From Chloroflexota bacterium (GTDB lineage: Bacteria; Chloroflexota; Dehalococcoidia; UBA2979), in contig CANJBO010000003.1 in the NCBI GenBank assembly GCA_947472995.1, forward strand, positions 22,917-86,916: a stretch of 64,000 bases of DNA. Direction: 5' to 3'. The notes below the pieces were generated by a model, which saw only the letters and a list, made by a program, of their open reading frames with translations, made no database searches and had not been told where the DNA came from. Shown here one piece after another: positions 34,942 to 43,297 of this stretch (positions are counted from its first letter, which is position 1; each line of letters starts with the position of its first letter). The translations under genes were made by a program, and so were the position numbers.

Positions 34942-34964
34942 GAGGGGCGCCAATGGCGCCCCTC
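34942..34964 (-). terminator. hairpin terminator after the cupin gene
   Basis: GAGGGGCGCC-aat-GGCGCCCCTC, a perfect 10-bp stem about 30 nt downstream of the cupin stop. Confidence 0.6.
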
Positions 34965-34992
34965 TTCAGTCTCGTCGAGGTCGGTCGAAGCC

Positions 34993-35316
34993 CTAGCGGC
35001 GGGGACCCTCGAACACGCAGGTGAACGTCACGCCGCCGCTGGTCGCGACGCGGTGGTGGACGTCGCCCGGGATCTCGTAGCGCGCGCCGGGGACCAGGCG
35101 GTGGCCCTCGTCGCCGTCGAGGTAGAGGACGCCTGCGCCGGCGGTGCCCATGTAGACCTCGGGCCACGGGTGGGAGTGGCCCTTCGTCGACTGGCCGGGC
35201 TTGAGGACGGTCTCGGACAGCGTGAACGAGCCGATCTCCATGTCGCGGATGCGGTAGCGGTCGTCATCGACGACGTCGCGCCACACGAGTTCCGTCGAGG
35301 TCGGGGTCGAGGTCAT
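34993..35316 (-). CDS. cupin-domain protein
   Basis: 107 aa. GQSTKGHSHPWPEVYMGTAGAG...GARYEIPGDVHHRV matches the two cupin motifs (G-x5-H-x-H ... P-x-G-x2-H). Its ATG overlaps the upstream stop (ATGA). Confidence 0.75.
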   Translation of the reverse strand: MTSTPTSTELVWRDVVDDDRYRIRDMEIGSFTLSETVLKPGQSTKGHSHPWPEVYMGTAGAGVLYLDGDEGHRLVPGARYEIPGDVHHRVATSGGVTFTCVFEGPRR

Positions 35317-37025
35317 GCGTTCTCCTGCTGCGGGGACATGGTGGTGGGGATGTCAGCGGTCTGGAGCACCAGCGCGGCCGGAGCCGAGCGGCGGTTCTTC
35401 TCCGCGACCTGGTAGACCAGGCCGCGGCCGGAGGCGAGACGCCACTGCGCGTGGAGCGCGGGGAGGCTCGCCCAGAAGAAGGTGATGATCATCATCGCGG
35501 GCCACATCGCGTACTGGACGACGAGGTGACGCGCGGTCACGTGCGCCGGCCGCGGCGGGCGGGTGCGGCCCTCGAAGGCGATCATCGCGAACAGCGGGAT
35601 GATGCAGAGCGCGACGAACAGGCCGACGAGGTTCAGCCACATCCACGGCTCGATCACGCCGGCCTTCGTGCCGATGTTCAGCCACCCGGAGAGCGTCATC
35701 GCGTTCTCGGGGTGCCAGCCGGGGCCGGGCACCTGGAACGCCTTGTGCGTCCACCAGTGCGGCATCGGCGCACCCAGCGCGGCCAGCTTCGTCGGGACGA
35801 GGATGCCGAGGGTGACGAGGTACCACTGCGAGAACCACAGCGTGTGCACCTTCGTCACGGTCGCGGCGATCAGGATGCCGCGCGCGCGGCTGAGCTTCGT
35901 GTCCTTCGCGAAGGCGGCGCGCCACGCGTAGGGGATGTCGCTGGCGCCCCAGGCGTGGCGCTTCGACTGCTCGTAGTGGGCGAAGAGGGTCTTGCGGTAG
36001 TTCTCCGTGAGCACGCAGTCGTTGCCCAGCGGGAGGTACAGCGGCTCCACGTGGACGCGGTCACCCAGCGAGTAGCAGCACTTCATGTAGATGTGCCAGT
36101 CCTCCGGGATGACCTCCTCGTCCCAGTAGTCCACCGTGTGCAGCATCTCCCACGAGAGCGAGTAGCACGATGTCGGGAACTTCAGGCTGAGCGGCAGGAC
36201 GAGGTTCGCCGTGCGGTTGATGCCGGAGAGGCCGTCCGGGATGCGCAGCGGCGCGGGGATGTCCCAGATGTTGTTGCTGTTGAAGATCGTGGGCTGCCAG
36301 AACGTCCGGTAGCGGTCGCGCGCCGTCAGGAACATGTAGTTCAGCGCGGCGAAGTGGCGCTGGTGGAAGAGCGCGTCCGCGTCGCACGAGGTGATCGTGT
36401 AGCGGCGGATGTCGTCGCGGCCGTCCTCGATCAAGCGGGAGAACGCCTCGCGGGCGGCCCATGCCTCGTTCGAGCCCTTGCCGGGGGTGTCGCCCGGGAG
36501 GCCGTGCGGGTGGAACGTGGCGAACATGCCGCCCAGCTTCGCCTGGTAACGCTCGACCAGGCGCGCGGCCTTCTCGTTCGCGCCCGGCTCGCGGGCTTCC
36601 ATCGCCAGCACCACGATCACCTGCTGGGCGTTCGCCTGCTCGGCGATCGCCTCCACGGTGCCGGAGAGGCTGTCCTCGTCTTCCTTGTAGTTCGGGATGA
36701 TCACGATGTGGCGGGGCCAGTCCCACGCCTCCACCTCGGCGCCGGGGTGCTTCGAGCGCCATGCCTGGAAGTGCGCGGGCCAGTCCGTGCGCTCCCACTG
36801 GCGGATGCGGCGCAGGCCGATCCAGACGGCGACGGCGACGGAGTACGAGCGCAGCACCCAGTAGGTGAAGAAGATCGTGAGGGCAACGGCGAGCCAGCTG
36901 GCCGTCGTGCGCGTCAGCGGCATCCAGAAGACGACGCTCGCGAGGAACAGCGAGATGACCAGCGGGACGGTGTTGCCGATGCGGACGCCCCAGTCCGTCG
37001 AGGCCTCGACGGAGGGCGTGGGCAC
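35313..37025 (-). CDS. polytopic membrane glycosyltransferase, GT2-like (processive type)
   Basis: GTG 37025. N-terminal and C-terminal transmembrane bundles flank a cytoplasmic domain with IIPNYKEDED, TSCDAD (DxD) and EQSKRHAWG (Q-x-x-R-W-like). Confidence 0.65.
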   Translation of the reverse strand: MPTPSVEASTDWGVRIGNTVPLVISLFLASVVFWMPLTRTTASWLAVALTIFFTYWVLRSYSVAVAVWIGLRRIRQWERTDWPAHFQAWRSKHPGAEVEAWDWPRHIVIIPNYKEDEDSLSGTVEAIAEQANAQQVIVVLAMEAREPGANEKAARLVERYQAKLGGMFATFHPHGLPGDTPGKGSNEAWAAREAFSRLIEDGRDDIRRYTITSCDADALFHQRHFAALNYMFLTARDRYRTFWQPTIFNSNNIWDIPAPLRIPDGLSGINRTANLVLPLSLKFPTSCYSLSWEMLHTVDYWDEEVIPEDWHIYMKCCYSLGDRVHVEPLYLPLGNDCVLTENYRKTLFAHYEQSKRHAWGASDIPYAWRAAFAKDTKLSRARGILIAATVTKVHTLWFSQWYLVTLGILVPTKLAALGAPMPHWWTHKAFQVPGPGWHPENAMTLSGWLNIGTKAGVIEPWMWLNLVGLFVALCIIPLFAMIAFEGRTRPPRPAHVTARHLVVQYAMWPAMMIITFFWASLPALHAQWRLASGRGLVYQVAEKNRRSAPAALVLQTADIPTTMSPQQENA

Positions 37026-37348
37026 CTGCTCCGGGATCCCGCTCGTCGAGGGGGGTACGGAGGTGGCACGGGGGCGACGGACGGTGGGCGGGGCTGTAGT
37101 GATCAGGAAAGCCCTCTTTGGGTTTTCCTCCGATGCCGACGGGGTTAGCTGACGGGCTACGGGTGGAGGTCCCGCATCCCCGCACGCGCCTCACGGCGTT
37201 CGCGGGAGATTACGCCCCGGTAACTGGTTCCCCCGCTCCTCGTTCGTTAGAGGACTAGGCTAGCCTGCGTATTGCCGACTGATCGTACGGGATTTCCGTG
37301 GCCCACGCCACGACCGTGTCCAGCCACAGCCCATCACGCAGGGAATAT

Positions 37349-37924
37349 ATGCCCGTCCAGACGCCCGCCGGGAACATCGAGCACACCGCCGGGGACCTGG
37401 GCGTGCTGCGGCCAGACGGCGAGGCGGTCCGGCTGGGCGACTCGTGGGCGGCGCGCCCGGTCGTCCTCGCGCTGATGCGGCACTTCGGCTGCGTCTTCTG
37501 CAAGGAGCAGGTGTCCGCCCTCCGCGAGATCGTCGAGGAGATCCACGCCGGGGACGCCGAGCTGGTGATCGTCGGGAGCGGCTCGCCGCAGATGGCCGGG
37601 TTCTTCGCGGAGGACTACGGCATCTCGACGCCCGTCCTGACCGACCCGACGCGACAGGTCTACGGCGTGCTGGAGACGCGGCGACCGTCGCCGCTGGCGT
37701 TCATGGACCCCCGGGTGATGCTGGGAACGCTGCGGGCGATGTGGCACGGGCACCGGCAGGTGTTCGGGAAGCCGGAGCTGGGCGACACGACGCAGCTGGG
37801 CGGGGTGTTCATCGTGCGGCCCGGCGGCGAGGTGGCATGGGCGCACCGGAGCGCGTTCGCGGGCGACCGCCCTTCGAACGGCGAGGTGCTCGCGGCGCTC
37901 CGGCGAGCGACGCGGGCCGGGTGA
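37349..37924 (+). CDS. AhpC/TSA-family peroxiredoxin-like protein (PF13911-like)
   Basis: RPVVLALMRHFGCVFCKEQVSALRE...LVIVGSGSP...GGVFIVRPGGEVAWAHR. I prefer ATG 37349, which has an AGGGAA SD-like sequence upstream. The track start at GTG 37298 is also possible. Confidence 0.7.
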   Translation: MPVQTPAGNIEHTAGDLGVLRPDGEAVRLGDSWAARPVVLALMRHFGCVFCKEQVSALREIVEEIHAGDAELVIVGSGSPQMAGFFAEDYGISTPVLTDPTRQVYGVLETRRPSPLAFMDPRVMLGTLRAMWHGHRQVFGKPELGDTTQLGGVFIVRPGGEVAWAHRSAFAGDRPSNGEVLAALRRATRAG

Positions 37925-37925
37925 T

Positions 37926-38177
37926 CTAGGCGGCCGCCTCGCCGCCGGGGGTGGTGCGCAGGCGGTCGATGATCCCGCGCACGGCCCGTACGTCGTCGTC
38001 GATCGCCCGTGCGGCGGCGGCGAGGCTGCTGCGTGCGGCGTCCTCGGACAGCGACTCCTCGAGATGGCGGAGGATCAGCCCCACGGCGACGAGGTCCTGG
38101 AGCAGCCCGTCGCGGAGCTCGTCTCCGAGCGCACCCGCGGAAGGGGCGGGGCCGCCGGTCTGGGTCATGGTGATCAT
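37926..38177 (-). CDS. stand-alone HisKA_3-like dimerisation (DHp) domain protein lacking the phospho-accepting His
   Basis: 83 aa with a GGAGG SD 6 nt upstream and very high GC3. LGDELRDGLLQDLVAVGLILRHLEE...IDDDVRAVRGIIDRLR mirrors the NarL-class kinase H-box (E-L-H-D-x-x-x-Q-x-L) with Arg in place of His. Confidence 0.55.
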   Translation of the reverse strand: MITMTQTGGPAPSAGALGDELRDGLLQDLVAVGLILRHLEESLSEDAARSSLAAAARAIDDDVRAVRGIIDRLRTTPGGEAAA

Positions 38178-38339
38178 CGCGTGCCTCCGGTCCTGAGGCG
38201 CGTTCGATCGCCTCCCATCTATAGACGGATCTTCCCGGTGCGTTCGTGCGGCGGGGAGGTAGGGAGAAACCCTGATCTGGGGCCGATCGAGGCGTATCGG
38301 AATCGTCTCAGCGCCTCGCGCGGGATGTTTGGACGAGGT

Positions 38340-38951
38340 TTAGTCGCGGCGTGCGGCGGGCGGGCGGCCCGTGCCGCCGGAGCGCGGCCACGCGGCCAGC
38401 ATCGACGGCGGCAGCGCGTGCAGCGCCACGTAGCCGTCCGAGTCGACGCAGCCGCGCTGCGGGTGCAGCGCCGGGTGGGCGGCGGCGACGGCGTCCATCC
38501 GGAACCACGTGCAGCGCGGGAAGGCGCTCGTCTCCAGGTGCATCACGCCGCGCGCCTCGACGTCGTCGTCCTGGCCGACCATGTGCACGGGGAACTCGCC
38601 GCACTTCGAGGGACGCTCGCGGTCGTGGATGCCGCAGAGGCCGCGCCCGTCCGGCTGCGGGCGGAACGCGCTGCACCGGAACGGCGTGGGCGTCGCGTCG
38701 GAGTCGTCGCCGGGGCGCCAGTCGCGGTCGCCCCATGCGCCGTCCCAGCCGCCCTCGCTGCGCGCGACGGGGATGATCAGCGGGCCGCCGTCCATCAGCG
38801 GGCGGTACTGGTCGCGGGGCAGCGCGCCCCACGTCCAGAAGCCGTCCGTGCGGCTGGAGTCGCAGCAGTCGCCGCAGCCGTTGCAGTCGAGCGCGCGGGC
38901 TGCCTCGAGCGTGAGGTAGCGGCGCGGCCGGGGTGCGTCGTCGAGGCTCAT
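38340..38951 (-). CDS. YkgJ-family Cys-cluster (CxxCxxCC) zinc/iron-chelating protein
   Basis: ATG 38951 overlaps the upstream stop (ATGA). LDCNGCGDCCDS is the family motif, and further Cys residues follow downstream. Confidence 0.7.
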   Translation of the reverse strand: MSLDDAPRPRRYLTLEAARALDCNGCGDCCDSSRTDGFWTWGALPRDQYRPLMDGGPLIIPVARSEGGWDGAWGDRDWRPGDDSDATPTPFRCSAFRPQPDGRGLCGIHDRERPSKCGEFPVHMVGQDDDVEARGVMHLETSAFPRCTWFRMDAVAAAHPALHPQRGCVDSDGYVALHALPPSMLAAWPRSGGTGRPPAARRD

Positions 38952-39748
38952 TGGACGCCCGTCGGGGCGGGGCCGCGCGGGACGACCAGCGGGAGCCCGG
39001 AGTCTGGGTGGGCGAGCACGGCGACGTGCGGGCCGTAGACGCGCGCCAGATGCTCGGCCGTGACGACCTCGCGCGGGGCGCCGGTCGCAACGACGGTGCC
39101 GTGGTCGAGCAGCACGAGGCGGTCGCACCACGCGGCGGCGAGCGTCAGGTCGTGCACCACGGCGAGCACGCCGGCGCCCGCATCGGCGACGGCGCGCACG
39201 ACCTCGAAGATCTCGCCCTGCGCGCTCGCGTCGAGGCCGGCGGTGGGCTCGTCGAGCAGCAGCAGCCGCGGCTCCTGCGCGAGTGCGCGCGCGATGAACG
39301 CACGCCGCCGCTCGCCGCCGGAGAGCGTGCCGACGAGGCGCGTCGCCAGCGTCGCGCAGCCCGCGCGTCGCATCGCCTCGTCGGCGACGGCGACGTCATG
39401 CGCCGACTCGCGCCGCAGCAGGCCGAGGTGCGGAAAGCGCCCGAGCATGACGAGGTCGGCGACGCGCATCGTCGGGGGCGCCTCGGGCAGCTGCTCGACG
39501 ACCGCGATCGAGCGCGCGCGCTCGCGGTTGCCGCGCCGGTCCAGCACCGCGCCGTCGAGGCTCACCGCGCCGGACGTGCACGCGACGCGTGCGGTGATCG
39601 CGCGCAGCAGGGTCGTCTTGCCCGCGCCGTTCGGGCCGATCACGCCGACGAGCTCGCTGCGGCCCACGGCGAGCGACACGCCCGCGAGCAGCTCGTGGCC
39701 CTCGACGTGCACGCGCACGTCGCGCACGTCGAGCAGCGGCGCGCTCAC
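38948..39748 (-). CDS. ABC transporter ATP-binding protein, iron-siderophore/cobalamin (FepC/BtuD) type
   Basis: GTG 39748 overlaps the permease stop (GTGA). GPNGAGKTTLLRAI, LSGGERRRAFIARAL and LLLLDEPTAGLD are present. Only the last 266 codons of track ORF 38948..40966 are real. Confidence 0.85.
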   Translation of the reverse strand: MSAPLLDVRDVRVHVEGHELLAGVSLAVGRSELVGVIGPNGAGKTTLLRAITARVACTSGAVSLDGAVLDRRGNRERARSIAVVEQLPEAPPTMRVADLVMLGRFPHLGLLRRESAHDVAVADEAMRRAGCATLATRLVGTLSGGERRRAFIARALAQEPRLLLLDEPTAGLDASAQGEIFEVVRAVADAGAGVLAVVHDLTLAAAWCDRLVLLDHGTVVATGAPREVVTAEHLARVYGPHVAVLAHPDSGLPLVVPRGPAPTGVQ

Positions 39749-40839
39749 AGCAGTCCCGCCGCGCGGCCTCGACGGAGCAGGTACAGGAAGAACGGCGCGC
39801 CGATGATCTCGGTGACGATGCCGACGGGCACCTCCTGCGGCGGCAGCACGCTGCGCGCGGCGACGTCCACGAGGATCACGAACGTCGCGCCGAGGATCGC
39901 GGTGAGCGGCAGCAGCCGGCGGTAGTCGTTGCCCGCGAGCATGCGCACGACGTGCGGCACCACCAGCCCGACGAAGCCGATGATCCCCGCGACCGCGACC
40001 GCCGCCGCCGCGATGATCGACGCGGCCGCCAGCACGATGATCTTCGTGCGCGTGACATCGACGCCGAGGTGTGCGGCCTGCTCCTCGTCGAGCTGCAGCA
40101 CGTTGAGCGCTCGCGCGTGCACGTACACGACGAGCGCGCCGACCGCGACGTACGGGAGCGCGACCAGCAGGCGCGGCCACGAGGCAGTGTTGAAGCCGCC
40201 GAACAGGAACGAGAAGATCGGGAATGTCTTCGGCCCGCCGCTCAGCAGCAGGAACGACGTGATCCCCGAGGCCACCGCCGAGATCGCCACGCCCGCGAGC
40301 AGCAGCGTCGCGTTGTCGCGGAGGCCGCCCGTCCTCGACAGGCCGTAGACCAGCGCGACGGCCACGATCGCACCCGCGAACGCGAACAGCGGCACCCACC
40401 CGAAGCCGTACGAGTCCACCGGCAGCGGCGACACGATCGCGATCGACGCGCCCAGCCCCGCGCCCGACGCGACGCCGAGGAGGAACGGGTCGGCGAGCGG
40501 GTTGCGGAACACCCCCTGGTACGCCGCGCCGGAGTACGACAGCGCCGCGCCGACGAGGCCCGCGGCGGCGACGCGCGGCACGCGCACGTCGAACAGGATG
40601 CGCTGCCACGCTTCCGGCGCCTGCACGTCGAGGTGCACGAAGGGGAGGCGATCGAGCAGCATCGCGGCGGCGGTCGTGACGGGGATCGCGACGGTGCCCT
40701 GCGTCAGCGCGAACAGCGCGACCAGCAGCAGCGCGACGCTGGAGACGAGGAACGGGCGCGCGCCGAGGATGCGCGCCCACGCGGAGCGGCGCGGCTCCTC
40801 GATCCGATCGGTCGTGGCGGCAGCGGTGCTGCGGAACAC
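39745..40839 (-). CDS. FecCD-family ABC permease (BtuC/FepD-like)
   Basis: AAYQGVFRNPLADPFLLGVASGAGLG, LLAGVAISAV, IGFVGLVVPHVVRML and PVGIVTEIIGAPFFLYLL are FecCD hallmarks. The start at GTG 40839 lies 5 nt after the htpX stop and is my choice; it is uncertain. Confidence 0.8.
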   Translation of the reverse strand: MFRSTAAATTDRIEEPRRSAWARILGARPFLVSSVALLLVALFALTQGTVAIPVTTAAAMLLDRLPFVHLDVQAPEAWQRILFDVRVPRVAAAGLVGAALSYSGAAYQGVFRNPLADPFLLGVASGAGLGASIAIVSPLPVDSYGFGWVPLFAFAGAIVAVALVYGLSRTGGLRDNATLLLAGVAISAVASGITSFLLLSGGPKTFPIFSFLFGGFNTASWPRLLVALPYVAVGALVVYVHARALNVLQLDEEQAAHLGVDVTRTKIIVLAAASIIAAAAVAVAGIIGFVGLVVPHVVRMLAGNDYRRLLPLTAILGATFVILVDVAARSVLPPQEVPVGIVTEIIGAPFFLYLLRRGRAAGLL

Positions 40840-40844
40840 GCGGG

Positions 40845-41816
40845 CTACTCGACGCTGCCGAGCGCGGCGCGCTCCTCGACGGTGAGTACGGGGAAGGCGT
40901 GCAACTGGCGCAGCCGGTCGATGCGGTCGGCGATCGGTGGGTGCGTGGAGAGCAGGCCGGCGGCACGCGCCTCGAACTTCTTGATCGGGTTCACGATGTA
41001 GAGGTGCTGCGTCGCGCGGTTCGCGACCTCCAGCACCTCGCGGTCCGTCGCGATCGAGGCCAGCGCGCGCTCGAGGCCTCGAGGGTTGCGCGTCAGCTCG
41101 ACGGCCGTCGCGTCGGCGAGGTACTCGCGCTGGCGGCTCACGGACAGCTGCACGAGCCGCGCCGCGATCGGCGCGAGGATCGCGAGGACGACCGCGACGA
41201 CCATCATGATCGCCTGCGCGCCGCCGCCGCCGTTGTCGTTCCTCGACCGGCGTCCGCCGCCGAACCAGAGGCTGCGCATGAACATGTCGGACAGCAGCGC
41301 GATGCCGCCGACCAGCACGCCCACCAGCAGCATGAAGCGGATGTCGAGGTTGCGGACGTGCCCCAGCTCGTGCGCGAGGACGCCCTGCAGCTCCTCGCGA
41401 TCGAGCTTCTCGAGCAGGCCGGTCGTGACGGCGACGGAGGCGTGCGCCGGGTCGCGGCCCGTCGCGAAGGCATTGGGCGCGGTGTCGTCGATCAGGTAGA
41501 CCTTCGGCATCGGCACGCCGGCGGCGATCGCCATCTCCTGCACCACGTTCAGCAGCTGCGCGTGCTCGACGGGGTCGGCGGCACGGGCCTGCGAGGCGGC
41601 GAGGACGATCGCGTCCCCGCCGTAGTACGAGCCGAGCGACATCACGATGCCGATGACCAGCGCGACGGCGGTGAACCCCGCGCCGCCGGCCACGTACCCG
41701 GTGTACGCCATGCCGATGGAGAAGCCGAGCGCCGCGAGGAGGAGCGCGGCGGCCACCATCAGCAGCAGCGAGGAGCGCCGGTTGGACGCCTGCTGGTCGT
41801 AGAACGTGGATCGCAT
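40845..41816 (-). CDS. htpX: M48-family zinc metalloprotease HtpX-like
   Basis: N-terminal TM helices, NAFATGRDP, then the HELGH zinc motif (GVLAHELGHVRNLD). Confidence 0.85.
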   Translation of the reverse strand: MRSTFYDQQASNRRSSLLLMVAAALLLAALGFSIGMAYTGYVAGGAGFTAVALVIGIVMSLGSYYGGDAIVLAASQARAADPVEHAQLLNVVQEMAIAAGVPMPKVYLIDDTAPNAFATGRDPAHASVAVTTGLLEKLDREELQGVLAHELGHVRNLDIRFMLLVGVLVGGIALLSDMFMRSLWFGGGRRSRNDNGGGGAQAIMMVVAVVLAILAPIAARLVQLSVSRQREYLADATAVELTRNPRGLERALASIATDREVLEVANRATQHLYIVNPIKKFEARAAGLLSTHPPIADRIDRLRQLHAFPVLTVEERAALGSVE

Positions 41817-41843
41817 GTCGGCCAGCGGAGGGGTGCGCTCCGG

Positions 41844-42404
41844 CTAGCGGAGACGCACCTCGGGGACCGCCTCGGCGCCGGGCTCGGCGTCGAAGAAGTC
41901 GCGCCGCTCGAAGCCGAACATGCCGGCGATGATCGAGCTGGGCACGGTCGCGATCGACGTGTTGTAGGACAGCACGGTCGCGTTGTAGTGCTGGCGCGAG
42001 AACGAGATCTGGTTCTCGGTGGTCGCCAGCTCCTCCTGCAGGCTCGCCACGTTCTCCGAGGCGCGCAGCTGCGGGTAGTTCTCCATCACGGCGAACAGCG
42101 AGCGCAGCGTGCCGGTCAGCTGGTTCTCGGCGTCGGCGGCTTCGGCGGGGCCCTGCGCGCCGGCGGCGACGGCGTTCGCGCGCGCCTCGGTCACCTTCGT
42201 CAGGACGTCCTGCTCGAAGTCCATGTAGCCCTTGACGGCGTTCACGAGGTTGGGGATGAGGTCGTGCCGGCGCTTCAGCTGGACGTCGATCTGGGACCAC
42301 GCCTCGTCCACGCGCAGGCGCGCGCGGACCAGGCCGTTGTACATCCCGATGACGACCACCACGAGCAGCACGACCACGCCCACCACGATGAGAAGAGGAA
42401 GCAT
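41844..42404 (-). CDS. lemA: LemA family membrane protein
   Basis: An N-terminal TM helix followed by YNGLVRARLRVDEAWSQIDVQLKRRHDLIPNLV...ENQISFSRQHYN, the LemA consensus. Confidence 0.85.
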   Translation of the reverse strand: MLPLLIVVGVVVLLVVVVIGMYNGLVRARLRVDEAWSQIDVQLKRRHDLIPNLVNAVKGYMDFEQDVLTKVTEARANAVAAGAQGPAEAADAENQLTGTLRSLFAVMENYPQLRASENVASLQEELATTENQISFSRQHYNATVLSYNTSIATVPSSIIAGMFGFERRDFFDAEPGAEAVPEVRLR

Positions 42405-42599
42405 GCGTTCGCTCCGATTTCCCGTCGCGCCGCCGGGCGCCGGCCGAAGGGCCGGCGGCCAGTCCGCGGTGCGCGGGTTGTCCTGTGTGCGGACAGGATA
42501 GCGCTTGCGGCGTCGGCGTGCGGGTCGCGTGCGGGGTCGCGCGCGCTATCCTCGCGTCGCAGGCGCACCTCGGCGCCGCATGGATGGCGAGGCGCTCCG

Positions 42600-43250
42600 A
42601 TGACGAACGACCCGGCGCTCGAGGACGACGATCCCCTCGCGGACGACCTCGACGACTCGCTGGACGACGAGGAGCTGCGCAAGCACGGCCCGGTGGAGCA
42701 GCGCGTTGGCAAATGGGTGGGGCTGTTTCCGAAGAAGCACCCGCTGGTGCTGCTGAACACCGGTGACGGCAAGGGCAAGACCAGCGCCGCGCTCGGGGTG
42801 ACGATGCGCGCGTGGGGACGCGGCTGGAAGATCTGCTGGCTCCAGTTCATCAAGGCGAAGGGCTCGCACTACGGCGAGACCTACGCCGCGGAGCGCATGG
42901 GCATCGAGATGATCGCGCTCGGCGACGGCTTCACGTGGCTCTCCGAGAACATCGAGGCGGACATCGCGCTGGCGAAGGAGGCGTGGGACCTCGCACGCGA
43001 CAAGATCATGTCCGGCGAGTACGACCTCGTCGTCCTCGACGAGATCACGTACCCGATCACCTACGGCTGGCTGCCCGTCGAGGAGGTCCTGCAGACGCTG
43101 CGCGACCGCCCGAAGGACGTCGACATCATCATGACCGGCCGCGACGCGCTCCCCGCGCTCGCCGACTTCGCCGACACTGTCACCGAGATGCGCGAGGTGA
43201 AGCACGTCTTCCAGACCGGCGTGAAGGCCCAGCCGGGCATCGACTACTAG
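42600..43250 (+). CDS. cobO: cob(I)yrinic acid a,c-diamide / cobalamin adenosyltransferase (CobA/CobO/BtuR type)
   Basis: LLNTGDGKGKTSAALGVTMRAWGRGWKICWLQFIKAKGSHYGE (P-loop plus the QFIK motif), then DLVVLDEITY. It has an acidic N-terminal extension (DDDPLADDLDDSLDDEE). Confidence 0.85.
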   Translation: MTNDPALEDDDPLADDLDDSLDDEELRKHGPVEQRVGKWVGLFPKKHPLVLLNTGDGKGKTSAALGVTMRAWGRGWKICWLQFIKAKGSHYGETYAAERMGIEMIALGDGFTWLSENIEADIALAKEAWDLARDKIMSGEYDLVVLDEITYPITYGWLPVEEVLQTLRDRPKDVDIIMTGRDALPALADFADTVTEMREVKHVFQTGVKAQPGIDY

Positions 43251-43297
43251 TCTCCGGTCCTCATCCCGGGAATACCCGGCCGGAGTGATCGAGACCT

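Noticed and set aside
38948-40966. 672-aa ORF that appears to be one large protein
   Set aside because: Only the C-terminal 266 codons (from GTG 39748) show ABC ATPase motifs. The upstream part is an off-frame overlap of the FecCD permease gene, which reads cleanly in another frame.
42405-42599. Cobalamin riboswitch expected between lemA and cobO
   Set aside because: I looked on both strands for the B12-box and the conserved GCCACUG / GGGAA cores and found only weak resemblances (GCCAGTC, GAAGGGCC). The region does hold a 10-bp stem (AGGATAGCGC...GCGCTATCCT, 42495..42552), but that is not diagnostic. A covariance-model scan is needed.
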